64,000 nucleotides of DNA, from NCBI GenBank assembly GCA_043814985.1, contig JBDRJK010000021.1, positions 1 through 64,000 on the forward strand. The letters run 5' to 3'. The DNA is from Candidatus Aenigmatarchaeota archaeon (GTDB taxonomy: Archaea; Aenigmatarchaeota; Aenigmatarchaeia; Aenigmatarchaeales; Aenigmatarchaeaceae). The position numbers and the translations under genes were made by a program. The notes under the pieces are model-generated. The model was given only the letters and a program-made list of their open reading frames with translations. It ran no database searches and was not told where the DNA came from. Positions 48,276 through 57,948 of the stretch are shown here, piece after piece (within the stretch, counting starts at the first letter, position 1; each line of letters starts with the position of its first letter).

Positions 48276-49437
48276 TATGAAGCACGACTACACAATACCC
48301 TTGGGTCCCCAGCACCCGACCCTGAAAGAGCCAATGTGCATAAGGGTCAGCTTGGACGGGAGTGTCATCAAAGATGTTAATGTGAGGATGGGCTATACTC
48401 ATAAGGGGATTGAAAAGGTTATGGAAGGAAAGAACCCTGATTCTGCCCTTTATGTTTCACAGAGAATATGCGGCATATGCTCTGCTGCCCATGAGAATGC
48501 CTACTGCAGGACTGTTGAAGCTATTTTGAATTATGATCCTGAACCAAAGGTCAAGTACCTGAGAGCATTGATGATGGAATTGGAAAGAATGCACAGCCAT
48601 TTGTTATGGTTGGGTGTCATTGCCCATGAGATAGGCTACGAGACTCTGTTCATGTACTTCTGGAGGGAGAGGGAAAAGATAATAGACATTTTCGAGAAGA
48701 TGACAGGTGGTAGGGTTCACCATAACTTCAACAAGATAAGGACAGTCAGGTTTGATTTCGAGCACGGCAACAAGGAGTTCATCTTGAAAAGGCTTAACAG
48801 CGTCAAGAAAAAGGTGGACGACTACTTGAGCGAAATCAATTCCGACAATGTCATAAGTTCGAGATTGAAAGACATCGGGATAATAACCAACAGCGATGCA
48901 AAGAGGTACTGCTTGACAGGTCCCAATGCAAGGGGAAGCGGAGTCTCTTGTGATGTGAGAAAGTACGACCCGCCCTACAAGATATACAAGAATTTCGATT
49001 TCAACGAGATTATTGAAGACAGGGGAGATTCCTTTGCCAGGACTTCCGTCAGAATAAAAGAGCTTCTGGAATCAATAAAAATAATAAAACAATGTTTGGA
49101 CATGATGCCTCAGAAGAGAATACCAAAGTTCTCGTTCACCAACATACCGCAGGGCGAGGGAATTGGGAGGGTCGAGGCTCCAAGAGGCGAGTTGTTCTAC
49201 TACATCAAATTCAAGGACAACAAGATTGACAGGGTGAAGATGAGAACACCCACCTTCGGCTATTTCAAGATAGCTGAAAAGATTCTGGTTGGAAGAAGAA
49301 TCGGGGACGTGCCAGTCATAATCGGTTCACTTGACCCATGCTTCAGTTGCATGGAAAGGGTGATGGTTGTCAAGGACGGAAAGTCTGAGATGCTTAATGA
49401 GATCAACTTCAGGAGGAAGTATCTATGTACGAAATAA
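48268..49437 (+). CDS. group 4 [NiFe]-hydrogenase large subunit
   Basis: GPQHP, L1 RICGICSAAH, EAPRGE, and L2 DPCFSCMER followed by a C-terminal extension. Confidence 0.95.
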   Translation: MHDMKHDYTIPLGPQHPTLKEPMCIRVSLDGSVIKDVNVRMGYTHKGIEKVMEGKNPDSALYVSQRICGICSAAHENAYCRTVEAILNYDPEPKVKYLRALMMELERMHSHLLWLGVIAHEIGYETLFMYFWREREKIIDIFEKMTGGRVHHNFNKIRTVRFDFEHGNKEFILKRLNSVKKKVDDYLSEINSDNVISSRLKDIGIITNSDAKRYCLTGPNARGSGVSCDVRKYDPPYKIYKNFDFNEIIEDRGDSFARTSVRIKELLESIKIIKQCLDMMPQKRIPKFSFTNIPQGEGIGRVEAPRGELFYYIKFKDNKIDRVKMRTPTFGYFKIAEKILVGRRIGDVPVIIGSLDPCFSCMERVMVVKDGKSEMLNEINFRRKYLCTK

Positions 49438-50279
49438 TTTTTCTTGTGCTGGTCCCTTTCCTTGCGTTACTATATGAGGGATTCTTCAGAAAACTAAATG
49501 CAAGATTCCAGAACAGGATAGGGCCGCCAATACTGCAGCCCTTCTATGACATAATGAAACTTTGGGAGAAAAAGCCGCTGAAGAGCCAGAACGATCCCTT
49601 CTACAAGTATTCACCATTATTATATTTCATTTCAGTTTATGCATTATTCCTGTTCATTCCATTCTCCATAATAAGTTTCCAGTATGATTTTGTCTTGCTG
49701 CTCTATCTCACAATACTGGCAAGCGCCTTCTATGTTCTAGCTGGTTTGTCCTCTGACAATCCCTTCGGTATTATTGGTTCAATGAGAGAAATGATACTGA
49801 TGATAACCTATGAGATCACCCTTGTCATAACAGTCTTCAACTTCATCATGTTTTCTGGAGTTCTCTCTTTTGCTGATTTCAATTCTAACCTGTTGATACT
49901 ATCCCTTCCGCTATCCGCGATAGGATTGGCAATTGTATCTTTAGTTGAGGTCCACATAACGCCCTTTGACACAACAGAGGCCAAGACAGAAATAATGGGA
50001 GGCAGCACCACAGAGTATAGCGGAAGGAACTTGGCTCTGATGAAGATGTCAATGGTAATGAAGAGGCTGTTCTTCATTTTCCTTTTGCCTTTCCTTTTGT
50101 TCGGGAGAGATCTTATGATTCTTATACCAGCTAGTTTCGTCTTCCTGTTCATCTATGCCCTGTCACAGGCAACAACTTCCAGATACAGGGTTGATCAGGC
50201 TTTCAAGGTATACTTCTACATCATGGTACTTGTCCTGATAGATTTCATTCTGATAATGAGGGGGATAGTATGGGCATAA
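49425..50279 (+). CDS. NuoH/EchB-like membrane subunit
   Basis: RKLNARFQNRIGPP.LQPFYD.MKL; PFD..EA..E...G...EYSG. Confidence 0.93.
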   Translation: MYEIIFLVLVPFLALLYEGFFRKLNARFQNRIGPPILQPFYDIMKLWEKKPLKSQNDPFYKYSPLLYFISVYALFLFIPFSIISFQYDFVLLLYLTILASAFYVLAGLSSDNPFGIIGSMREMILMITYEITLVITVFNFIMFSGVLSFADFNSNLLILSLPLSAIGLAIVSLVEVHITPFDTTEAKTEIMGGSTTEYSGRNLALMKMSMVMKRLFFIFLLPFLLFGRDLMILIPASFVFLFIYALSQATTSRYRVDQAFKVYFYIMVLVLIDFILIMRGIVWA

Positions 50280-50605
50280 CAACCGAGGCAATAAAGAATC
50301 TATTCAAGAAGCCCTTCACAAGAAGATATCCCAAGGAAAAATTGAAACCCTACAAGAGATTCCGCGGAAGAATCAAGTACTATCCCAAGAGGTGCATAGG
50401 TTGCAGGTTGTGCGAAAAGTACTGCCCTGTTGGTGCTGTCAAATTCCATAAGAAGGGAAAGATAGACTTTGATTTGGGAATATGCGTGACATGCGGTATG
50501 TGTCAGGATGTCTGCCCGACGCAACCTAAGTCAATAGAAATGACCAATGAGTTTGAATTTTCTAACAAGGACAAGAAAAAACTGAAAAATGTTGTAAATG
50601 AATAG
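50270..50605 (+). CDS. NuoI/EchF-like 2[4Fe-4S] subunit
   Basis: CIGCRLCEKYCP and CVTCGMCQDVCP. Confidence 0.92.
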   Translation: MGITTEAIKNLFKKPFTRRYPKEKLKPYKRFRGRIKYYPKRCIGCRLCEKYCPVGAVKFHKKGKIDFDLGICVTCGMCQDVCPTQPKSIEMTNEFEFSNKDKKKLKNVVNE

Positions 50606-51467
50606 GGAAAATCTTGGAGTATTGCTTGCTGTACTAACTGCCCTAGTCAGCGGTTTCTCCATAGTCGCCAACAAGTTCTTCCTAGTTTCATTAGATCCAA
50701 CTCTTTTCACAGCACTTAGAACATTTTTTGTGGGCATGGGGTTCTTCCTGATTTCATTTTATAAGAACAAGTTTAGCTTAAAGGATTTCAACAAGGTTTC
50801 TTGGAAGATGCTCTTGGCAATAGGAGTTGTTGCTGGGTTTGCTTTCCTAGCTTTCTTCAATGGATTAAAGATTACAACTGCTGGAAGGGCTGCCTTTCTT
50901 CACAAGTTATTACCACTGTTCGTTACAGTGCTAGCATTCTTCTTCCTAAAGGAGAAAATAACAAGAAAACAGGTCTATGCAATGCTTGTTATGATTCTGG
51001 GTACATACCTAATATCCTACAGTGCTATAACGTTTGATGTTGCCTTCGGGGATTTGTTGATAATTGTTGCCACGATTCTGTTTGCCGTGGAGAACATAAT
51101 GTCCAAGTACGCCATGACAAACAAGGAGTCGAATTTTGTTGTGTCATTTTGTAGAATGTTTTTTGCATCCCTTGTATTACTGTCAATTGTGTTGCTTGCA
51201 GGAAATTACGACCAGTTGCTTTTGTTGAATTATGAGCAGATATTGTATATCGGGACTTCCATTTCATTACTGTTCCTCTACGTGCTCTTCTGGTACTATT
51301 CGATAAGCCTGATAAAAGTATCAAAGGCGTCAACCCTTCTTTTGCTGTCGCCGTTCATTTCCCTGTTCATGTCATTCATGTTGTTGGGAGAAGCTTTTTT
51401 GCCGTTGCAGATTCTCGGTTCTGTCCTAATTCTTGTTGGGGCTTTCATTGTTTCAAGAGCTGGTTGA
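50598..51467 (+). CDS. DMT/EamA family transporter
   Basis: About 10 TM helices in two EamA repeats; FLKEKI and LLGE. Confidence 0.88.
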   Translation: MNRENLGVLLAVLTALVSGFSIVANKFFLVSLDPTLFTALRTFFVGMGFFLISFYKNKFSLKDFNKVSWKMLLAIGVVAGFAFLAFFNGLKITTAGRAAFLHKLLPLFVTVLAFFFLKEKITRKQVYAMLVMILGTYLISYSAITFDVAFGDLLIIVATILFAVENIMSKYAMTNKESNFVVSFCRMFFASLVLLSIVLLAGNYDQLLLLNYEQILYIGTSISLLFLYVLFWYYSISLIKVSKASTLLLLSPFISLFMSFMLLGEAFLPLQILGSVLILVGAFIVSRAG

Positions 51468-51855
51468 CATTTTCGACTATTTTCCCCATCTTGCTTTTCA
51501 GCTCTTCACTCATTTCAATTCCGAAGTCAATGCTCTTTGTCTGAATCCCTATTATCTTTATTTTGGAATTGGGCAGAAACTTTTGAAGCAGGTCAAACGT
51601 TATGTTGTGGGTAGATATCACGACATTCTTTATGTCATTCAGTTCGAATGTCCTGACCTCGCCGACTTCCCCGTCAAACTGCAGAGCGTCAATAATCACT
51701 AATTCCTCGCAGATTTTCAGCTGGTCTATGAAGTTCTCAGGAGTGGTCTCTCCCTTTATTTTTTTGATGCCTTCAACATCCAGCTTATCTAGAACAATGT
51801 TTCCTATGTTGTCGTCACACTTGATGGGATTGCCGATGCTCATGACAGTTTTCAT
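51445..51855 (-). CDS. hydrogenase maturation protease (HycI-like)
   Basis: IGNPIKCDDNIG, TTPEN, IIDA, STH and IGIQ motifs. Confidence 0.9.
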   Translation of the reverse strand: MKTVMSIGNPIKCDDNIGNIVLDKLDVEGIKKIKGETTPENFIDQLKICEELVIIDALQFDGEVGEVRTFELNDIKNVVISTHNITFDLLQKFLPNSKIKIIGIQTKSIDFGIEMSEELKSKMGKIVENVNQLLKQ

Positions 51856-51869
51856 AAAATTTATTAGAT

Positions 51870-52415
51870 GTGGTTATACTTAATTATTATATGCTTAAGG
51901 AAGATAAGATAAGATTTTTGAAAATGGCCATTTCATGCCTGAGAAAGGGAGATGATAAAAGACCTATATTCAGTCCTGATGTTCCTACAGATGAGGATGT
52001 TGAAATCATTAAGAAATCCTTGGAAACAGGGAATATTGAAGAGAATATGCTGAAGAGGTTTTTCCCGATAGCGTACAAGGGAGTTAGCGAGTATGGTTTC
52101 TTTGAATATTTTTTCTCAATACATAACATGAACATAGGCATGCTGGAAAAATACACTAAAGATAAATTGGTTGATTGGTGCACTGCCTTTCCGGGTAAGA
52201 TAGTTGATAGAAAAGAATCCAAATGGGTTGTTGAAAGATATGATGGTAAAAGAATAATCTCAGACTCGGAGGCGTATCCGGGGATAACAATTGAGAAGGA
52301 ATTAAAAATCGGGGACTTTGTCATACTTCACAGGGACAAGATTCACATGGTCTTGAATAAAGATGAATTTGAAACTGCCTTGAAATTCTATAATAAATTC
52401 AGAAATGAAAAGTAA
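51870..52415 (+). CDS. hypothetical protein, possibly hydrogenase-associated
   Basis: VDWC...GK and a HypC-like GDFVILH OB-fold motif; located among maturation genes. Confidence 0.55.
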   Translation: MVILNYYMLKEDKIRFLKMAISCLRKGDDKRPIFSPDVPTDEDVEIIKKSLETGNIEENMLKRFFPIAYKGVSEYGFFEYFFSIHNMNIGMLEKYTKDKLVDWCTAFPGKIVDRKESKWVVERYDGKRIISDSEAYPGITIEKELKIGDFVILHRDKIHMVLNKDEFETALKFYNKFRNEK

Positions 52416-52416
52416 A

Positions 52417-52497
52417 CTATCTTCTCTTCCTTCTCTTGATTTTCTTTTTCCTCTTCTTTTTCTTCTGCTTTTTGGTCAGCCTTTTTGTTTTTGCCAT
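52417..52497 (-). CDS. 26-aa Lys/Arg-rich micropeptide
   Basis: MAKTKRLTKKQKKKKRKKKIKRRKRR; TTTTATAT about 23-30 nt upstream of the ATG. Confidence 0.55.
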   Translation of the reverse strand: MAKTKRLTKKQKKKKRKKKIKRRKRR

Positions 52498-52560
52498 GTT
52501 AAGAATATGTCAAATGAGAATATAAAATAATTTTATAAGAGGCAAAAACCATTTAGGGAT

Positions 52561-52713
52561 ATGTGTTTAATTGAGAAAGGAACTGTTCTCGAAGTTAAAG
52601 GCAAGACCGCTATTGTCAATGTTAGTGGTATGAAGAAGGAAGTCACGGTCACTGAGGATGTGGAAGTCGGTGACAGGATCAATGTTTTTCAGACTCTGGG
52701 GTTCAAAAAGTAA
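52561..52713 (+). CDS. hypC: HypC-like chaperone (short, 50 aa)
   Basis: MCLIEKGTVLEVKGKTAIVNVSGMKKEV..VEVGDRINVF; Cys2 is kept. Confidence 0.7.
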   Translation: MCLIEKGTVLEVKGKTAIVNVSGMKKEVTVTEDVEVGDRINVFQTLGFKK

Positions 52714-52743
52714 TCTTAATTTTTGAATTTTCTAAAGAAAAAA

Positions 52744-52835
52744 TGGTAGCGGGGGCTGGATTTGAACCAGCGACCTTCGGGTATCTCATCAGAGATTATG
52801 AGCCCGACGGGCACTCCTGGCTGCCCTACCCCGCT
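52744..52835 (-). tRNA. initiator tRNA-Met(CAT) with a 14-nt intron at 37/38 (52783-52796) and encoded CCA
   Basis: A1:U72 pair (AGCGGGG/CCCCGCT), GGG/CCC anticodon stem, BHB CTCA/TGAG with TA^A and AT^A bulges. Confidence 0.95.
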
Positions 52836-52876
52836 ATGTTCTAATAATAAGATGTTAAAAGTTATATAAGCTTTTC

Positions 52877-53737
52877 TTACAATGCCATCAGTATTATTCC
52901 CAACAGCATGAAAACAGAGCCTAGCACGCGCTGCAGTACATTGCCTTCCTTGAAGAACTTGAAACCGTAGAACGAACCGATTAGTATGCTTGTTCTCTTG
53001 ACAGCTATGGCATAGACTGCTAATGTCATGGTAAATGTGTATGAAAGACTCACTTCAGAAAGTGCCATGAAGAAGCCTATGCCCGTTAAATTCTTGAAGT
53101 TCTTTTTCACTTCGCTGAACCTTACCCTTTTCGTCAGGAAGACGAAGAGAGAGAAGATAATTGCCGCTATGAGGTACTCTGAAAAAACTCCGAAAAATAC
53201 GTTAGAGCTGTTTATCAGATATTTGATGGAAGTGGCTGTTATGCTCCAAAGGGCAGAGACGCCCAGCATGAGGACGGGTCCCCTTTCTTTTACAAGATAT
53301 ATGAAGGGGTGCAATATACTTTTCTTGATTTCCTTTATGTTTAGCACATATGCTCCAACTACTATGCTTATTATTCCTATGATGCCGACGGGGTTTGGGA
53401 ACTCTCCCAAAATCAGGGGCCCTGTGAGAAGCATGAAGATAGGGGTGAAGGCAAGCATTGGTAGGGTGAGCGACAAGGGCGAGATTGATATTGCCTTCAT
53501 GTAGAGGAGAACCGAAACAATATACACAATCGCTGCTATGAGGGCAACGAACCAGAAGAACAAAGTCGTCTGGGGAATTCCCACAAAGATGAGAGCAAAG
53601 GCTAAGAAGGGTAGGGTCAGGGTCATCAGGGACCATGTTGTAAGGTAGTGGTCGGCTTTTTTCATGGTTTGCTTGCTGATGTAGTCCTTGGTGGCAGATG
53701 CGAAGGCGGTGAACAAGGCCGTGACAATCCAGAACAT
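52877..53737 (-). CDS. DMT/EamA family transporter
   Basis: About 10 TM helices; SPLSLTLPML.FTP, AVKRTS, FFKE. Confidence 0.88.
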   Translation of the reverse strand: MFWIVTALFTAFASATKDYISKQTMKKADHYLTTWSLMTLTLPFLAFALIFVGIPQTTLFFWFVALIAAIVYIVSVLLYMKAISISPLSLTLPMLAFTPIFMLLTGPLILGEFPNPVGIIGIISIVVGAYVLNIKEIKKSILHPFIYLVKERGPVLMLGVSALWSITATSIKYLINSSNVFFGVFSEYLIAAIIFSLFVFLTKRVRFSEVKKNFKNLTGIGFFMALSEVSLSYTFTMTLAVYAIAVKRTSILIGSFYGFKFFKEGNVLQRVLGSVFMLLGIILMAL

Positions 53738-53793
53738 AATAAGAAATTTGTCTTTAGTTAAATATTAATAAGTCTTATAACTAAAGGGTGTTT

Positions 53794-54459
53794 ATGACAA
53801 CCATTCTTGGTATTGACGAGGCCGGCCGCGGGTCAGTTATAGGCCCCATGTGCATCGGGGGCGTGGTTATTGACGAGAAGGACTCAGCCAAGCTAAAGGC
53901 TTTGGGAGTCAAGGACAGCAAGCTGTTAACTCCTGAGCAGAGAGAGGCTTTATATCCCAAGATAAAAAAACTGGCAAAGGATCATGTTGTTCTCAAGGTT
54001 TCTGCCAAGCAGATAGACCAGATGAGGAAGACAACCAACCTCAACAGGATTGAGGCTCAGAAGATGGCAGAGATAATCAAGGCCATGAATGCTGACAAGG
54101 CTTATGTTGACGCGCCGCAGGTCTCTACGGAAAAGTTCAAGAATATACTGCTGGCCTTGGCTGAGAACAAAACTAAGATAATAGCTGAGAATCATGCTGA
54201 TTTGAAATACCCTGTCTGTTCGGCAGCAGCCATACTCGCAAAAGTGGAGAGGGACAGGGATGTGGAGAGGATAAAGAAGATAGTGGGCTTTGACTTCGGA
54301 GTGGGCTATCCCCATGACCAGAGGAGCATTGACTTTGTCAAAAAGGCCTTAAAGGAGAAGAAACACTTGGAATTCTTAAGGCATTCATGGGTTACTGTGA
54401 GCAATCTTAAAAATGAGAAGGAACAAAAAACATTAAAAGAGTATAAGAGAAATAAATAA
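53794..54459 (+). CDS. rnhB: ribonuclease HII
   Basis: GIDEAGRG.VIGP, GVKDSK, SAAAILAKV.RD and GYP motifs. Confidence 0.96.
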   Translation: MTTILGIDEAGRGSVIGPMCIGGVVIDEKDSAKLKALGVKDSKLLTPEQREALYPKIKKLAKDHVVLKVSAKQIDQMRKTTNLNRIEAQKMAEIIKAMNADKAYVDAPQVSTEKFKNILLALAENKTKIIAENHADLKYPVCSAAAILAKVERDRDVERIKKIVGFDFGVGYPHDQRSIDFVKKALKEKKHLEFLRHSWVTVSNLKNEKEQKTLKEYKRNK

Positions 54460-54470
54460 GGAGGATTATT

Positions 54471-54728
54471 ATGAAAAATACGAACAAGACAACTATTGTT
54501 TATGTGGTAAGCGGGATACTGATAGGCTATATTAGTTTCTTGCTTAACAGCGAGTTTCTAGCTCTGGGTCTGGCATTTGTATCTTTATTTTTGATTGCGG
54601 AAATATTGAAAAAGGCGTTGAAGATAGATTCTAAGTTCAAGTGGTTCTGGTCCCACGGTGGATGGGTATACCTTTTCATCTGGTTCATAACATGGGTACT
54701 AGTCTGGAACCAGCCATTTGTTTTGTGA
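54471..54728 (+). CDS. small 3-TM membrane protein (possibly EMC6-like)
   Basis: SD GAGGA; three hydrophobic helices with W..GG..YLFIW. Confidence 0.65.
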   Translation: MKNTNKTTIVYVVSGILIGYISFLLNSEFLALGLAFVSLFLIAEILKKALKIDSKFKWFWSHGGWVYLFIWFITWVLVWNQPFVL

Positions 54729-54732
54729 TTTT

Positions 54733-56076
54733 ATGATTGAGAATATTGGTGACTGGCAGAGAACACATTATTCCAAGCAGGTCAAGCCGGAAATGGGCAA
54801 TGAAGAAGTCATTGTGATGGGTTGGGTCAGAGAATTAAGGGACTTGGGTAAATTGAAGTTCATCAAGCTGGCTGACAGGGAAGGCTTCATACAGGTTACT
54901 GCAAAGGAAGGGGACGTCAAGCCGGATATAATCAATAAAATAGAAGGCTTGGGAAGGGAGGATGTCATTGCTGTCAAGGGCATTGTAAAGGCAAGCAAGC
55001 AGGCTCCCAATGGAATCGAAATAATGCCAGTTGATGTGAGGATTCTTAACACTTCTGATTCACCATTGCCTCTAGAGCTGGAGACCAAGAAAACACCTGC
55101 TCACATTGATACGAGGATGAACTGGAGATTTTTAGATTTGAGGAAACATGAGAACAATCTCATATTCAAGATACAGACTGCAATGGAAATGGCCATGAGG
55201 GAATTCTGGATCAAGAATGGTTTCATTGAAATTCATTCTCCTAAATTAATGGGTTCTCAGAGCGAGACAGGAGCAGAGCTGTTCACTGTTGTCTATTTTG
55301 ACAGGGAAGCGTATCTGGCACAATCGCCCCAGTTCTACAAGCAGCTGGCAATGATTGCAGGTTTTGATAGGGTTTTTGAGATAGCTCCTGTTTTCAGGGC
55401 CAATCCATCTCATACAGTTAGGCATGACACCGAGTACACTTCTATTGATATGGAGATGTCTTGGATAAGTTCACATGAGGATGTGATGGCATTTGAGGAA
55501 AAGTGGATTACCTATGTGATTGAACAAGTGAAGAAACAGTATGGAGACAAGATAAAGGAAACATTTGGTTTTGAATTGGTTGTTCCCAAAATACCTTTCC
55601 CAAGAATGACTCTCAAGGAAGCCAAGGATAAAATCAAGAAAACTGGTAAAAAGGTTTCATACAAAGAGGACCTTTCACCTGAGGAGGAAAGGCTTTTGGG
55701 AGAATTGGTAAAGGAAGAGTCCGGTCATGAGTTTGTGTTTGTGACTGAGTTCCCGTGGAAGATTAAGCCTTTCTATCACATGAGAGACGAGAAGAATCCT
55801 GGAGTGACAAAAGGTTTCGACTTACTGTGGAAAGGATTGGAAGTGACCACAGGCTCTCAGAGAGAGCACAGGTATGACGTGTTGGTTGAGCAGGCAAAGG
55901 AGAAGAAGCTTAAGTTGGACAGCATAAAGTCTTATCTGGATTTTTTCAGGTATGGGGCGCCTCCACATGGCGGTTTAGGTTTTGGTTTGACAAGGGCTCT
56001 TATGACAATGTTTGAAATGAAAAATGTGAGAGAGGTCACTTTCGCTTTCAGAGACATGGACAGGCTTTATCCTTAG
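54733..56076 (+). CDS. aspS: archaeal aspartyl-tRNA synthetase
   Basis: RTHYS, GWV..RDLG, YLAQSPQFYKQ, FRANPS...RH, GSQREH and PPHGG.G.G motifs. Confidence 0.95.
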   Translation: MIENIGDWQRTHYSKQVKPEMGNEEVIVMGWVRELRDLGKLKFIKLADREGFIQVTAKEGDVKPDIINKIEGLGREDVIAVKGIVKASKQAPNGIEIMPVDVRILNTSDSPLPLELETKKTPAHIDTRMNWRFLDLRKHENNLIFKIQTAMEMAMREFWIKNGFIEIHSPKLMGSQSETGAELFTVVYFDREAYLAQSPQFYKQLAMIAGFDRVFEIAPVFRANPSHTVRHDTEYTSIDMEMSWISSHEDVMAFEEKWITYVIEQVKKQYGDKIKETFGFELVVPKIPFPRMTLKEAKDKIKKTGKKVSYKEDLSPEEERLLGELVKEESGHEFVFVTEFPWKIKPFYHMRDEKNPGVTKGFDLLWKGLEVTTGSQREHRYDVLVEQAKEKKLKLDSIKSYLDFFRYGAPPHGGLGFGLTRALMTMFEMKNVREVTFAFRDMDRLYP

Positions 56077-56085
56077 GTGATTAAG

Positions 56086-56526
56086 ATGAGAGAGTGTATA
56101 TTTTGCGAAATTGTAAAGGGAAAAAGAGAAAAAAATCACAAGATTCTTGAAAATGATAAGCATCTGGCTTTTCTAGATATTTATCCTGTTACTAAGGGCC
56201 AAACCTTGGTTATACCTAAGAAGCACTACAAAGGTTTAGGTGTTTTTAGTCTTACAAGAAATGAATATGAGGATTTGTTTCTCTTCGCTAAAAAGACCGC
56301 AAGAAAAATCAAGAAAAAACTCAAACCCAAGTTCATAATTATGGTCGTAGAGGGCATGATGATTGATCATCTTCACATAAAGCTTTATCCTATATACAAA
56401 ATACAAAAGAAGTCTGACAACAGGCTTCTAAAGCCTTATCAGCCATATAAAGGATATTTGATAACCCAGATAGGGCCGAAAGCCAGTGAAAAAAAACTTA
56501 AAAGAATAGCCCGCCTTCTTTCCTGA
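56086..56526 (+). CDS. HIT family protein
   Basis: CIFC, AFLDIYP...GQTLVIPKKH and an HLHIK variant triad. Confidence 0.9.
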   Translation: MRECIFCEIVKGKREKNHKILENDKHLAFLDIYPVTKGQTLVIPKKHYKGLGVFSLTRNEYEDLFLFAKKTARKIKKKLKPKFIIMVVEGMMIDHLHIKLYPIYKIQKKSDNRLLKPYQPYKGYLITQIGPKASEKKLKRIARLLS

Positions 56527-56592
56527 AGAATTTCTATTATATATTTAAAGTTTACTACTATATTGTAATACATAAATTAGGAGTGTGTTATT

Positions 56593-57939
56593 ATGGTAGA
56601 AATTAATTATAATGAAAAACAGATTGAATTGCTTCTAGGAAAGAGAAAACAAAATGCAGAAGTGACAGAAAGAGATTTTGGTAGCGATGTTGTTGTCGCA
56701 GGATACATAAAGAATATAGCAGATCTTGGTAAAAATATGAAGTTTCTAACTTTGGCAGATGCCTCAGGGGAAATACAACTGACGTTAAAGAAAGGAGTTT
56801 ATGTTGGAGTTGAGGATGCTAAAATGCTCACCCCTCATACCTTTATTGTTGCGAAAGGTGAGGCATGTAAAGGAAGGGCTAAAGACGGTCGTGAAGTTCT
56901 TGTAAAAGATATTAGTCTTTTGAGCGATGTTGTAACAGAGAAGATTCCAACAGAGATGAGGACCAGTCTTGACAAGAGATTGGATTACAGGTGGGTGGAT
57001 TTGAGGAATGAAAAGCACAGGTTCCCTCTTACAATGGTTTCCGAGTTCACAAGGTATTCAAGGGACTTTTTCAATGAAAACGGCTTCACTGAAATTTTCA
57101 CGCCAAAGATAGTGGGTACTCCAACTGAGGGTGGAGCAGAGGCGTTCCCTGTTCTTTATTTTGACAGGGAAGCGTATCTGGCACAATCGCCCCAGTTCTA
57201 CAAGCAAATGGCTATATGCTCTGGTTTTGACAGGGTTTTTGAGATAGCTCCTGTTTTCAGGGCCAATCCATCCCACACTACAAGGCATGATACCGAGTAC
57301 ACCTCTTTGGATTTCGAGATAGGGTACATTACATCGCATCAGGATGTAATGAAAGCCGAAGAGGGTATGCTGAGCCATGTTTTCAAAAACATTAAAGAGA
57401 AGTATGGGGATAAAATCAGGAAGAAATTCAAACAGGAGATAGACGTTCCTAAAAATATACCTCAAATAAGGATGGAGGAAGCTTACGAGATTGTAACAAA
57501 GGAAGATGTAGACGAAAAAGGCAGCTTGAGACCATCAGGGGAGAAGGCTGTTTCTGAACATGTTAAGGAAGCATACGGAAGTGATTTCATCTTTATAACA
57601 GATTTCCCTTATGATGCTAGACCTTTTTATCATATGAAGGGTGAAGCTATGAGGAACGGTAAAGAGACTACGAAGAGCTTTGACCTGATTTACAGAGGTG
57701 TAGAGATTACAACAGGCGCTCAGAGGGAACACAGGCACGGAAAATTAACAGCCCAAGTGGTTGAGAAAGGCTTAAGTACTAATAATCTAAAACAATATCT
57801 AGATTTTTTCAAGTACGGAGCACCTCCCCACGGTGGTATCGGGTTGAGCCCTAGTAGAGTTGTCACGAACATGCTTGATCTCGGGAATGTGAGGGAAGCA
57901 ACAATGGCTCCGAGGGATCCGAAAAGACTGTTTCCATAG
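56593..57939 (+). CDS. aspS: second aspartyl-tRNA synthetase
   Basis: RLDYRWVDLR, YLAQSPQFYKQ, GAQREH and PPHGG motifs; divergent anticodon-binding domain. Confidence 0.9.
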   Translation: MVEINYNEKQIELLLGKRKQNAEVTERDFGSDVVVAGYIKNIADLGKNMKFLTLADASGEIQLTLKKGVYVGVEDAKMLTPHTFIVAKGEACKGRAKDGREVLVKDISLLSDVVTEKIPTEMRTSLDKRLDYRWVDLRNEKHRFPLTMVSEFTRYSRDFFNENGFTEIFTPKIVGTPTEGGAEAFPVLYFDREAYLAQSPQFYKQMAICSGFDRVFEIAPVFRANPSHTTRHDTEYTSLDFEIGYITSHQDVMKAEEGMLSHVFKNIKEKYGDKIRKKFKQEIDVPKNIPQIRMEEAYEIVTKEDVDEKGSLRPSGEKAVSEHVKEAYGSDFIFITDFPYDARPFYHMKGEAMRNGKETTKSFDLIYRGVEITTGAQREHRHGKLTAQVVEKGLSTNNLKQYLDFFKYGAPPHGGIGLSPSRVVTNMLDLGNVREATMAPRDPKRLFP

Positions 57940-57948
57940 GTTGTTTAT

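Noticed and set aside
46510..50605. Respiratory complex I (nuo) operon
   Set aside because: The large subunit keeps both Ni-binding CxxC motifs and a maturation protease is adjacent, indicating a hydrogenase.
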